64,000 bases of DNA, taken from an uncultured Candidatus Saccharibacteria bacterium. Its GTDB lineage: Bacteria > Patescibacteriota > Saccharimonadia > Saccharimonadales > AWTP1-31. This document shows, piece by piece, positions 52,243-61,181 of the stretch (position 1 is the first letter of the stretch; each line of letters opens with the position of its first letter). The position numbers and the translations under genes are program-made. Below the pieces are notes generated by a model, which saw only the letters and a program-made list of their open reading frames with translations, searched no databases and was not told the origin of the DNA. The stretch covers positions 10,100-74,099 of the forward strand of contig CAZVTA010000001.1 in assembly GCA_964629815.1 (NCBI GenBank). The letters run 5' to 3'.

Positions 52243-53856
52243 GTGGCAAAACCGATTAAGTATGTGTTTGTGACGGGTGGTGTGCTTTCCGGACTTGGAA
52301 AGGGTATCACGGCCGCCTCAATCGGAAACCTTCTCAAAGCTCGTGGACTCAAAGTAAATCTTCAAAAATGTGATCCATACCTTAATGTGGACGCTGGTCT
52401 ATTGAATCCTCGTGAACATGGCGAATGCTTTGTAACAAAAGATGGTGCCGAAACCGACTTAGACCTTGGTCATTACGAACGATTTATCGATGAAGAGCTT
52501 ACATCAAAGAGTAGCCTTATGAGTGGACGTGTGCTCTTAAAGCTTATTCAAGATGAACGAGCAGGTAAGTTCGAGGGCGAAGATGTGCAGATTATCCCGC
52601 ACCTAACAGGTGCTATTCAAGATTGGATTAGGCAAGCTGGTGAAGGCTTTGATGTGCATATTGTAGAAATTGGTGGAACAGTTGGCGACTATGAATCACT
52701 TTCGTTTATAGAGGCTATTCGCGAACTTGGTGTTCGTGTGGGGCTCGAAAATTGTGTCTATGTACATGTTGTGTATCTGCCATATTTGGGGGCGAGTAAC
52801 GAGACAAAGACCAAACCGGCACAAAATTCAGTGAGAGAGTTGCGTGGCTTGGGTATTGCGCCAGATATTTTAGTTGCTCGGAGTGAGCAGCTTGCCAATG
52901 GTGGAGTAAAAGCAAAACTGAGTTTGTTTAGTGGGGTTGCTGAGGATGCCATAGCATTATTGCCAAATGCGCCAAGTATTTATCAAGTGCCATTAACACT
53001 TGAAGATACCGGTATAGCAGACGTGATTACAAAAAAACTTGGGCTTAAAACATCGAAGCCTAATATGAAACAATGGCGACAACTGGTTGATCTCGTAACG
53101 TCAGAACAGAAGACAACAGCTAGAGTTGCGCTCGTTGCAAAATACATGGATAACACAGATACGTACATGTCGGTTTTTGAGGCATTAAAGGCGGCTGCTT
53201 GGCATAATAAATGCAAAGTTGATATAACCTGGGTTGATGCATCAGAATTCGATGAGAAGAGCGCTGATATAAGTGGCGCACTAAAAGGTTTTGATGGCAT
53301 CGTGGTGCCGGGTGGATTTGGCCAGCGAGGGCTTGAAGGTAAGATTAAAGCTGCACAATACGCACTAAAACATAAAGTACCGTATCTTGGTTTGTGCCTT
53401 GGTATGCAAATGGCGGTTATCGCAGCAGCACGTAATGCTGGAATCGAAGATGCAACGACCTTTGAACTGAATCCTGATAGTAAAAATCTTGTTATCCATA
53501 CTATGGCTGACCAGCACGACAAGCAAATGACTGGCGGTACAATGCGACTTGGTAATTATGATTGTGCACTAAAAAAAGGATCTATTGCGGCTAAAGTCTA
53601 TGGAACGACCAAAATTACAGAACGACATCGTCATCGTGGGGAATGTAACAATGACTATAGAGGCCAGTTTGAAAAATGGGGGATTAGAGCATCTGGATTG
53701 AATCCGGACAATAATTTAGTAGAAATCATTGAAGCAATCAATCATCCATATATGGTTGCTTCCCAATTCCATCCAGAATTTAAATCTCGCCCCAATAAGC
53801 CGCACCCCTTGTTTACTGGATTTATTCAGGCAATATTGCAAGAAAATCAAAGATAG
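52243..53856 (+). CDS. pyrG: CTP synthase
   Basis: KYVFVTGGVLSGLGKG N-terminus, GATase Cys context LGLCLGMQ, and FHPEF. GTG 52243 with GAGG 10 nt upstream is preferred; the track start is GTG 52225. Confidence 0.95.
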   Translation: MAKPIKYVFVTGGVLSGLGKGITAASIGNLLKARGLKVNLQKCDPYLNVDAGLLNPREHGECFVTKDGAETDLDLGHYERFIDEELTSKSSLMSGRVLLKLIQDERAGKFEGEDVQIIPHLTGAIQDWIRQAGEGFDVHIVEIGGTVGDYESLSFIEAIRELGVRVGLENCVYVHVVYLPYLGASNETKTKPAQNSVRELRGLGIAPDILVARSEQLANGGVKAKLSLFSGVAEDAIALLPNAPSIYQVPLTLEDTGIADVITKKLGLKTSKPNMKQWRQLVDLVTSEQKTTARVALVAKYMDNTDTYMSVFEALKAAAWHNKCKVDITWVDASEFDEKSADISGALKGFDGIVVPGGFGQRGLEGKIKAAQYALKHKVPYLGLCLGMQMAVIAAARNAGIEDATTFELNPDSKNLVIHTMADQHDKQMTGGTMRLGNYDCALKKGSIAAKVYGTTKITERHRHRGECNNDYRGQFEKWGIRASGLNPDNNLVEIIEAINHPYMVASQFHPEFKSRPNKPHPLFTGFIQAILQENQR

Positions 53857-53871
53857 GGTAGCATTAGCATT

Positions 53872-54264
53872 ATGAGTGATGCAAAAGATACAAAAATGAA
53901 AAAGATTTTATTAGTGGAAGACGATGATGCGCTTGCGAGCGTATATCAGACGAGATTGCAAGCAGAAGGTTTCGATGTAAAACGCGTTCCTAACGGCGAA
54001 GATGCATTAGCGTCTGCAATGGAATATCATCCAGACCTTATTATTCTCGATGTAATGATGCCCAAGGTTACGGGTTTTGACGTGCTAGACATACTACGCA
54101 ATACACCGGAGACTGCAAAGACCAAAGTATTAATGCTGACTGCCCTTAGCCAAGAAAGCGACAAAGACCGTGCAAAAAGCCTTGGGGCAGATGACTATCT
54201 CGTAAAATCTCAAGTTGTGATTGCAGATGTTGTAGAGCGCATCAAACATCACTTAAGTATGTAA
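53872..54264 (+). CDS. Stand-alone response-regulator receiver domain (CheY-like), canonical residues present
   Basis: LLVEDDD, phospho-acceptor context IILDVMMP, LMLTAL (Thr), and DYLVKS (Lys). No output domain. Confidence 0.88.
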   Translation: MSDAKDTKMKKILLVEDDDALASVYQTRLQAEGFDVKRVPNGEDALASAMEYHPDLIILDVMMPKVTGFDVLDILRNTPETAKTKVLMLTALSQESDKDRAKSLGADDYLVKSQVVIADVVERIKHHLSM

Positions 54265-54277
54265 GGACTAGTCCTGT

Positions 54278-55456
54278 ATGCAGGAATCGGCAACAGCGAC
54301 GCCTCTTCAGCCAGAAGACCCAGATGAGGGTACATCATTTAATCCTGATCAACCCATATCGCTTGACGATATGAATGCTATGTACGCATCTGGTCAGGCG
54401 CTTCAGCCACTCGAAGATCGGACTGATCTCATGACGGATAAAACCTTAGAGCGCAAGCGTTTGACTATGCAGCAAGAACTGGATCAGCTGAGGTTCGAGG
54501 AAGATCCAAATACAAAGAGTTTGTTTGATGCTTTGCCTCCAACATCTGGCATGAGTATCGATAAGCAAGAATTTATGATTTCGAACGTAGTACGCTCGCC
54601 GCATCGTGCTATGGCGGTCGGTTATGTTACGCTTCCAACAGGCCAAGTTGCTCCTCGGCTGTTTTATAAGTCGTTAAGCCAAGGTGAATGGAGGGTTGCG
54701 CCGTATACGGCTAGAACTATTAATGACGAAGGGATAGTGTCTGGACGTTTTTACTCTAAAGGCGAAACCATGCAATATGGCTATGCGCGAGAAACACAAA
54801 TTCATGATGATTTGAGCGAATCTCTTGAGGCGAAGCTGTCGCAAGCCCAAGAGTGGGGTAACGAAGGTGCTAACTGGCTTATGGACCATTTCACGAACGA
54901 TAAGCTTGGCAAGACAAATACCTATAGAGATGAGGCATTTGAGGTTCGACTATATCCCGCGACTCCTGAGGTATATGGAGCTGCGCCAGGACACTTAGGA
55001 CTGAAGTCGCAAGATGGTAGACCGACTCGAGATATTTTTGCCCACGCGGCCTTGCCTGAGCGTAAGATGCCGAACTATAGTTCGGGCGCAAAAAAAACTG
55101 TCGAGTCTGAACATCCTATCCTTGGCACCGTAATAACTGAAACATATCTTTCAGGTGACACCTTGCTTGCCTGGAAGATTAGTCGAGATAGTAAGGGTAG
55201 GGTTTGGGTTGCAGGAGTCTCAGGAGCTTATGAAGCGCAGCCAACGTCGTATGGTACAAATGAAGAAGTTGTGTCTGCAGGTGTCTATGACAACAAGCCA
55301 CTCGAGTATAAGACACAGGTGAGAGGACTTGAGGCAGGGGTGGATTATAAAGATATTCCTAATATAAAGAGCTATGTAGATATATCGCCATTATTAGACC
55401 ACCTGCCGGTTATAAGAGCATACCGGTTGTCTCAAGGCGTGCAGCGCCTCGAGTAA
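54278..55456 (+). CDS. Hypothetical soluble protein (392 aa), no recognisable motif
   Basis: Long ORF 13 nt after the receiver gene. Acidic/Pro-rich, probably disordered first ~100 aa, then a globular region. No TM helix or signal peptide. Confidence 0.6.
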   Translation: MQESATATPLQPEDPDEGTSFNPDQPISLDDMNAMYASGQALQPLEDRTDLMTDKTLERKRLTMQQELDQLRFEEDPNTKSLFDALPPTSGMSIDKQEFMISNVVRSPHRAMAVGYVTLPTGQVAPRLFYKSLSQGEWRVAPYTARTINDEGIVSGRFYSKGETMQYGYARETQIHDDLSESLEAKLSQAQEWGNEGANWLMDHFTNDKLGKTNTYRDEAFEVRLYPATPEVYGAAPGHLGLKSQDGRPTRDIFAHAALPERKMPNYSSGAKKTVESEHPILGTVITETYLSGDTLLAWKISRDSKGRVWVAGVSGAYEAQPTSYGTNEEVVSAGVYDNKPLEYKTQVRGLEAGVDYKDIPNIKSYVDISPLLDHLPVIRAYRLSQGVQRLE

Positions 55457-55493
55457 AGTAATCGACAAGAGCTTTTAGAAATAGTATTGGGTA

Positions 55494-55766
55494 TTATTCA
55501 ACAGTAACTTCGGTGCGGCGAACAGTTTTACCGGTAAAACGGCGAATTTTTCGAGTTTTGTAGGTAACAACACCATCTTTTTCAGCATGAATAGTATAGT
55601 TGCGGCTGAGCTTTGTGCCTTTGCCATTTCGCTTTGTAAGGCCAACTTGGCGAACAATAACCTGACCAGTCTTTACTTTTTGGCCACCAAATAGCTTAAC
55701 GCCAAGTCGCTGACCAGGGCTATCATGAATGTTTTTGCTACTACCACCAGCTTTAACGTGTGACAT
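55494..55766 (-). CDS. rpmA: 50S ribosomal protein L27
   Basis: MSHVKAGGSSKN..DS.GQRLGVK.FGGQ.V..G.VIVRQ is typical of bL27. Confidence 0.93.
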   Translation of the reverse strand: MSHVKAGGSSKNIHDSPGQRLGVKLFGGQKVKTGQVIVRQVGLTKRNGKGTKLSRNYTIHAEKDGVVTYKTRKIRRFTGKTVRRTEVTVE

Positions 55767-55767
55767 A

Positions 55768-56943
55768 TTACTTCCTTTTTAGTACTACTAGTTCACGTGC
55801 GACATATTGTCCTTCGCGGTGATAGATGAGGTCTGTCTCCGCGCAGTGAACGAACTTCATACGAGTATACCCTAATTCTTCCAGATAATCAAGCGTTTTA
55901 AGGTGTTTGAAGCCATGGTTCGTCTTCCATGCGGGGACGGCAATGCAAAGCCGAAAGCCAGGCGGGGTTTGAGACGCAAGGTTACTTAAGAATTTCTTAT
56001 GTATCATATGGACGTCTTGCATGACTTTATTGAGTCTGTCTGGTGCAGGTGGTGCAGAAAATGGCTGCCCAAGATATGTTTCGGCTGCGACGGCTGTGAA
56101 CGGATGAGTCCATTGCGCGTTGGTTGCGTCACCTTGTTCTATGGCAATATTCTTACCGGAAGGCTTAAATGCATGCTCGAGCCACTCGATATTGCTTTTG
56201 CTGTATTCTATCATGCGTTCATCGAGGTCAGTACCGTAAGAGCTAAAGCCCATAAGCTGTGCTTCTTGAAGAACGACACCCGTTCCACAAAATGGATCGA
56301 GTATGCAGGTATTTTCTGGACTGGTTCCGGCCAGATTGATGATTATCTGAGCAAGTTTTGGAGGAAGCATGCCGACGCGCGCATCGCGCTTTGGGCGTTC
56401 TTGGTCACGCGCGGCATAGGCATTAATATCTTGTTCGGCTACGGTTTGCGCAAGGATAGTTTTAGATCCGTTCTTTATGAAAACCAATTCCATGCCAAGT
56501 TCGGACGTAAGTTGGTTGTGCAATACTTGAGCGCTGTTGAGCGAGGGCGTGTTATTAGGTACAACCCGAACCGAACGGCCAGTATTCTTTATTATTTTCT
56601 TGAGCGCAAGCGAAGAACGGTTAATATGATTGGCTGGTACATTTAGCCCAAATGCGCTGAGGCCAAGTTTGAGTTTTCCTTCTGGCAGGTAACCGAGATG
56701 TTTGGGTATTTCCACGCTAACGTAGTCGACGAGTTTTTGCCAGTCGGTGTAGGGGAGAACAGTTAATACTTTTGCAAGTTTAATGCTTCCACCGAGGCGA
56801 CTGAAGTCAATCTTGTTGGTAGGGGCATCTACATGTACCGCATAGTGTGCTATAGGTGTTAGTGCGTTGGAACCGTACAAGCTCTCGAGCTCTGCAATAC
56901 CAAGAGACGGTTGTCGACCTAAAAGTAATACGCTTTGTTGCAT
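55768..56943 (-). CDS. Putative SAM-dependent RNA (guanine-N2-type) methyltransferase, Trm11/UPF0020-like
   Basis: Motif I DPFCGTG, GTDLD, and a preceding MLPPKLAQIIINLAG substrate-domain junction. About 190-aa N-terminal RNA-binding-like domain. The stop of this gene abuts the rpmA start. Confidence 0.55.
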   Translation of the reverse strand: MQQSVLLLGRQPSLGIAELESLYGSNALTPIAHYAVHVDAPTNKIDFSRLGGSIKLAKVLTVLPYTDWQKLVDYVSVEIPKHLGYLPEGKLKLGLSAFGLNVPANHINRSSLALKKIIKNTGRSVRVVPNNTPSLNSAQVLHNQLTSELGMELVFIKNGSKTILAQTVAEQDINAYAARDQERPKRDARVGMLPPKLAQIIINLAGTSPENTCILDPFCGTGVVLQEAQLMGFSSYGTDLDERMIEYSKSNIEWLEHAFKPSGKNIAIEQGDATNAQWTHPFTAVAAETYLGQPFSAPPAPDRLNKVMQDVHMIHKKFLSNLASQTPPGFRLCIAVPAWKTNHGFKHLKTLDYLEELGYTRMKFVHCAETDLIYHREGQYVARELVVLKRK

Positions 56944-56995
56944 GTTGTGTCTAGTATAGCTCTGTCAGCTACTTTCCGGTATAGTTTATATAAAT

Positions 56996-58033
56996 ATGAG
57001 TCAAAAAGCTAAAGCTCGTTGGAAGGTGATAATAACGGTACTGACTTTTGTGGCTTTGGGGGGGATGATTTACGCCCTTCGCGTTCAGATCCTTGAGAGT
57101 TTGCGAAATCTTGGCAAGGTAAATACCTGGGCATTGTTGCTCATGATTCCGCTGCAGATAACCAATTATCATGCGTACACCAACCAGTCTCGTTCCTTAT
57201 TTAGACTGCTCGGTGAACGATTGAAATATCGATCGATGTATCGATTGATGCTAGAACTCAATTTCGTAAACAATGTTTTTCCAAGTGGAGGTGTAACGGG
57301 ATTTTCTTATTTTAGTTTACGCATGAAAGATGCAGAGGTGAGTACTGCAAAATCATCACTCGTATACCTTATGCGCTTTATCTTGGTATTTATATCGTTT
57401 CAGATATTGTTAGCCGTTGGTCTTGTTTTGCTTGCAATCGATGGCAGGGCAAGCGGTTTTGTATTGCTTGTTGGTGGCTCGTTGGCTTCGCTTATTCTGT
57501 TTGGTACGTTACTAATTGCGTTTGTGATTGGAAGCAAGACGCGTATCAATGCTTTTTTTGTTACGCTGACACGATTGTTAAATAGGGTTATTCACGTAAT
57601 ACGTCCGCATCATCCAGAAACAATAAACGTAGAAAAGGTAAGGAAGCTATTCGACGAACTTCATGATGATTACATAAAAATTAAAGCAGATCTTGGGAGT
57701 CTCAGGAAGCCTTTGTTGTGGTCGCTGCTCGCCAATGCAACAGAAGTAATGACTATTTATTCGGTCTACATTGCGTTTGGCAACTGGGTGAACCCAGGTG
57801 CGGTGATTTTGGCGTATGCAGTGGCTAACTTTGCGGGTATTGTATCGGTGCTACCGGGAGGCGTCGGTATTTACGAGGCGCTTATGACGGCGGTGCTTGC
57901 CGCCAGTGGTGTTCCTGCTGGGTTGAGTATTCCGGTTACTGTTATGTATCGCGTGCTTAATATGAGCATACAACTGCCCCCGGGTTACTTTTTTTATCAC
58001 AAGAAACTTCATCAGAACAAACAAGTCGCATAA
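56996..58033 (+). CDS. Polytopic membrane protein, UPF0104 / lysylphosphatidylglycerol-synthase-TM-region (flippase-like) family
   Basis: 345 aa with about 8 TM helices. N-terminal KxxWKVIITVLTFVALGGMIY and central/terminal patterns (VLPGGVGIYEA) are typical of this family. Confidence 0.55.
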   Translation: MSQKAKARWKVIITVLTFVALGGMIYALRVQILESLRNLGKVNTWALLLMIPLQITNYHAYTNQSRSLFRLLGERLKYRSMYRLMLELNFVNNVFPSGGVTGFSYFSLRMKDAEVSTAKSSLVYLMRFILVFISFQILLAVGLVLLAIDGRASGFVLLVGGSLASLILFGTLLIAFVIGSKTRINAFFVTLTRLLNRVIHVIRPHHPETINVEKVRKLFDELHDDYIKIKADLGSLRKPLLWSLLANATEVMTIYSVYIAFGNWVNPGAVILAYAVANFAGIVSVLPGGVGIYEALMTAVLAASGVPAGLSIPVTVMYRVLNMSIQLPPGYFFYHKKLHQNKQVA

Positions 58034-59130
58034 TGAACGATCTCATTTTTTCGGTCAGCGATTTTGTGGCGGTATTTAATCAAACTTTAGAAAATGCTTA
58101 CCCGTCGGTTGTCATTGAAGGTGAGCTTGCCAATTTTAAAATTAGCAAAAATAAGTGGATATATTTTGATCTAAAAGACGAAACGGCGAGTGTACGATTC
58201 TTTGGCACGGTGTACGCACTGCCCGGACCTTTAGAGGAGGGGATGGTCGTGCGTGTTCGCGGTGTGCCACGTCTACATCCTGTTTTTGGGTTCTCTATTA
58301 GCGTAACGGCTATTACGCCAGTGGGTGAAGGGACTATACGACATGCGGCAAAACTGCTCGAGGCAAAACTTAGGGCAGAAGGGCTGTTTGACGAGTCACG
58401 CAAACGTACGTTACCGTACCCTCCTGAAAGAATCGGACTCGTTGCTTCCAAAGAATCTGCGGCTTACGCTGACTTTATGAAGGTACTAGCAAAACGGTGG
58501 GGTGGTATAGAAATACTGCACACCGATGTGCAGGTTCAGGGCGAGCTCGCAGTTGAGCAAATTGTAGCAGCTATTGCACAATTAAATATGCATCAAGTAG
58601 AAGCTATTGTTATAACTCGAGGTGGTGGGAGTGCTGACGATTTAGTTGCATTTAGCTCGGAGCAAGTTACGCGGGCAGTGGCACAGAGCCGTATTCCTAC
58701 GTTGGTTGCTATTGGGCATGAAGTCGATATGAGTCTGGCAGAGTTGGCAGCCGATCTTCGCGCAAGTACACCGAGCAACGCAGCAGAGCTGCTTGCGCCG
58801 GAAAAGAGTGCAATTGCAAAACATGCTCATGAACAGGTATTGCGCTGCAAAGATGCTGCTATAGCCCAGTTGAGACAGGACCAACTAGCTGTGCAAGCTT
58901 ACGTACAGGATATGCGACGTGTGGTAGCTGGTACTATAGATCGAGCGCAAGCTGAAGTGTCGACGCTTCAGGAGCTAATTAGGGCGTATGATCCAACTGC
59001 AGTTTTACGCCGTGGATATTCGTTGATAAAAAAACAGGGTAGTGTAGTCAAAAGCGTCCACGATGTTAAAACGGGCGATGCTGTTTCGTTGCAGCTGCAT
59101 GATGGTTCGGTGGATGCACGAATAACGTAG
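58033..59130 (+). CDS. xseA: Exodeoxyribonuclease VII large subunit
   Basis: N-terminal OB fold (VSDFVAVFNQTLENAYPSVVIEGELANF), TRGGGS motif, and HEVD. Confidence 0.92.
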   Translation: MNDLIFSVSDFVAVFNQTLENAYPSVVIEGELANFKISKNKWIYFDLKDETASVRFFGTVYALPGPLEEGMVVRVRGVPRLHPVFGFSISVTAITPVGEGTIRHAAKLLEAKLRAEGLFDESRKRTLPYPPERIGLVASKESAAYADFMKVLAKRWGGIEILHTDVQVQGELAVEQIVAAIAQLNMHQVEAIVITRGGGSADDLVAFSSEQVTRAVAQSRIPTLVAIGHEVDMSLAELAADLRASTPSNAAELLAPEKSAIAKHAHEQVLRCKDAAIAQLRQDQLAVQAYVQDMRRVVAGTIDRAQAEVSTLQELIRAYDPTAVLRRGYSLIKKQGSVVKSVHDVKTGDAVSLQLHDGSVDARIT

Positions 59131-59146
59131 GGTATACTTACTGTAT

Positions 59147-59326
59147 ATGGTGAACAAAAGAACATATAAGCAAATAAAAGCTGAACTAGATGAAGTTATC
59201 GCTTGTTTCGAAGCAGAAACGATAGATATCGATGAGGCAACTACCAAGTATAAAAAGGCTCAGAAGCTTGTTAAGGAGCTTCAGGAATATCTTGCTCACG
59301 CTAAGAACGAAGTTACGAGTCTGTAG
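59147..59326 (+). CDS. xseB: Exodeoxyribonuclease VII small subunit (59 aa; missing from the supplied ORF track)
   Basis: Hand-translated as MVNKRTYKQIKAELDEVIACFEAETIDIDEATTKYKKAQKLVKELQEYLAHAKNEVTSL*. This is a helical hairpin pattern typical of XseB, located directly after xseA. Confidence 0.8.
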   Translation: MVNKRTYKQIKAELDEVIACFEAETIDIDEATTKYKKAQKLVKELQEYLAHAKNEVTSL

Positions 59327-59334
59327 GCTGCAAA

Positions 59335-60027
59335 ATGCTTAAAAAATATGGTACCATAAGCACTATGAAGCGACTCAACCAATCTGGTACGACTGATGCG
59401 TGGTTTATTGGCTTTGTTATTGTACTTGTGCTGTTCTTTGGCGCAACTAGCTTTGCTGTCTGGGCGTTTATGGGTCGTAGTGACTATAAAAATAATGTCG
59501 ATGAAAAGATATCAACAGCTGTCGAGGCCGCCAATAAAGAGCTTGGAACGGTTAAGGACAAAGAATTTGCCGAAAAGGAAAAACAACCTAACCGAACCTA
59601 CACTGGACCTGCGGCGTACGGCACGGTAAGTATCTCGTACCCTAAAACATGGAGCGTCTATGTTGACGAGTCGGGTAAAGGCAGCATACCACTCGATGGT
59701 TATTTGAACCCAAATACCGTCCCTGGGCTACAAAGTGGTGCAAGTTTTGCAACACGCGTGCAAGTTACATCAACTGCCTATGATCAAGAAGTAAAAAGGT
59801 TTGATTCATTTGTAAAAGCCGGAAAATTAAAAGCGAGTGCATTTAGGGCAGATAAAGTAAAAGATATTGTTGGCATACGTATGGAGGGCGAAGTGGTTGT
59901 TGGCAAGCAGGGAATTCTGGTTATACTTCCGCTGCGCGATAAGACTCTTAAGGTGTGGACTGAGTCAACACAATTCGCTAACGATTTTCAGAATACAATT
60001 TTACCTAGTTTGTCGTTTATACCATAG
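59335..60027 (+). CDS. Hypothetical N-terminally anchored extracytoplasmic protein
   Basis: One TM helix (AWFIGFVIVLVLFFGATSFAVWAF) followed by a domain of about 170 aa. No recognised motif. Confidence 0.6.
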   Translation: MLKKYGTISTMKRLNQSGTTDAWFIGFVIVLVLFFGATSFAVWAFMGRSDYKNNVDEKISTAVEAANKELGTVKDKEFAEKEKQPNRTYTGPAAYGTVSISYPKTWSVYVDESGKGSIPLDGYLNPNTVPGLQSGASFATRVQVTSTAYDQEVKRFDSFVKAGKLKASAFRADKVKDIVGIRMEGEVVVGKQGILVILPLRDKTLKVWTESTQFANDFQNTILPSLSFIP

Positions 60028-60084
60028 GCCACACTGAATAGAACAGTGATATACTAGCTTGTACAAAGGGCAGGCTAGAGGGTA

Positions 60085-60807
60085 ATGACAGATCTACACA
60101 CTATTGGCGACACAGACACTTTTGTTGACGCGCAGTCACGGGTGTTTTTCTCATTGTTACAACAAATTAAAACACCATTTTTGCACATTCGTCACGAGGC
60201 GGAGCTAGGGCATGCGCTGCAAGATCCTGAGCGGTTTCAGCAAGTACAAATAACTGCCGATGCGGCACTTGGATTACTCGATAGCTATATGCTGAGCTTG
60301 CAGCTACAGACAACAGGGCCAGAACTTCAGCTTGAGCCAGTTGCGTTGTCTTCGGTTTTAAATGAGGCTGCGCATGCGCTTCAGTTAACAGCACGAGCAT
60401 ACGACACAGATATACAGCTTGTTCTGGACGGCAAATACGAACCAGTTATTGCGCATAAAGCGGGCTTGTTTGCGGCCTTAACTAGTCTTGGGTATGTATT
60501 GCTGCAAACCCCGTCAGCCGGTGCGCGTAAAACGATCGAACTCAGCGCGCATCGATCGCGTGGTGGTATTGTCGCAGGACTATATGCCAATGGCATGGGT
60601 CTTGAAGCGGGGCTTTTAAAAAAAGCTCGCAGTATACCGACCGCGCGTCAGCCGTTTGGTAACGTTGCTAATATTGGTGGGGCGGGCGTATTTATAGCAG
60701 AGGCATTATTGGAGAGTATGCAATCAAGACTACGGATAGCTCGACATCATAATATGCGTGGGTTGGCGGCAACATTTGTACCGAGCCAACAGATGAGTTT
60801 AGTGTAA
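60085..60807 (+). CDS. Soluble histidine-kinase-like protein with degenerate catalytic boxes (probable pseudokinase)
   Basis: DHp-like FFSLLQQIKTPFLHIRHEAEL (compare FxxxxSHELRTPL) and a GHKL-like C-terminal half. In that half the N-box Asn is absent (TSLGYVLLQ), the G1 Asp is Ala (YANGMG), and G2 reads GGAGVF. No TM helix. Confidence 0.55.
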   Translation: MTDLHTIGDTDTFVDAQSRVFFSLLQQIKTPFLHIRHEAELGHALQDPERFQQVQITADAALGLLDSYMLSLQLQTTGPELQLEPVALSSVLNEAAHALQLTARAYDTDIQLVLDGKYEPVIAHKAGLFAALTSLGYVLLQTPSAGARKTIELSAHRSRGGIVAGLYANGMGLEAGLLKKARSIPTARQPFGNVANIGGAGVFIAEALLESMQSRLRIARHHNMRGLAATFVPSQQMSLV

Positions 60808-61181
60808 TGCGGGTGCTTATTGTCGACCCAGATATAGTGATGTCTCGGCAGATGGTAGCGTCGTTTATTAGTGCAGGACACGATACGATTGCTGCTCATA
60901 CTATTGCTGACGCGGTGAATTATCTGGACAATAATAAGGTCGACGCAGTAGTTTTAGAGCTGCATATTCCGGTACATAATGGCGTCGAATTTATGTACGA
61001 ACTTCGTTCATATACCGACTGGCAAACAATCCCCATTGTGGTATATAGCTATGCGAACGATCGTGTCCTTCCAAGCGTTCGAACGCAACAACAGCTTGGC
61101 ATACAGGCATTTCTCTCAAAAACAAAGCACCGGCTGCGAGATGTTATCGTAGCAGTCGAAGCAACTACAATAAACGTATGA
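60807..61181 (+). CDS. Receiver-domain protein with Glu at the phospho-acceptor position (atypical/pseudo-receiver)
   Basis: MRVLIVDPD..., AVVLELHIPVHNG (Glu codon GAG at 60957-60959 where Asp is expected), VVYSYA (Ser), and FLSKT (Lys). ATG overlaps the upstream stop by 1 nt. Confidence 0.7.
   Translation: MRVLIVDPDIVMSRQMVASFISAGHDTIAAHTIADAVNYLDNNKVDAVVLELHIPVHNGVEFMYELRSYTDWQTIPIVVYSYANDRVLPSVRTQQQLGIQAFLSKTKHRLRDVIVAVEATTINV

Noticed and set aside
55999-56646. 215-aa plus-strand ORF
   Set aside because: It lies entirely antisense to the 391-aa methyltransferase gene, which has clear SAM-binding motifs. It has no motifs or start context of its own.
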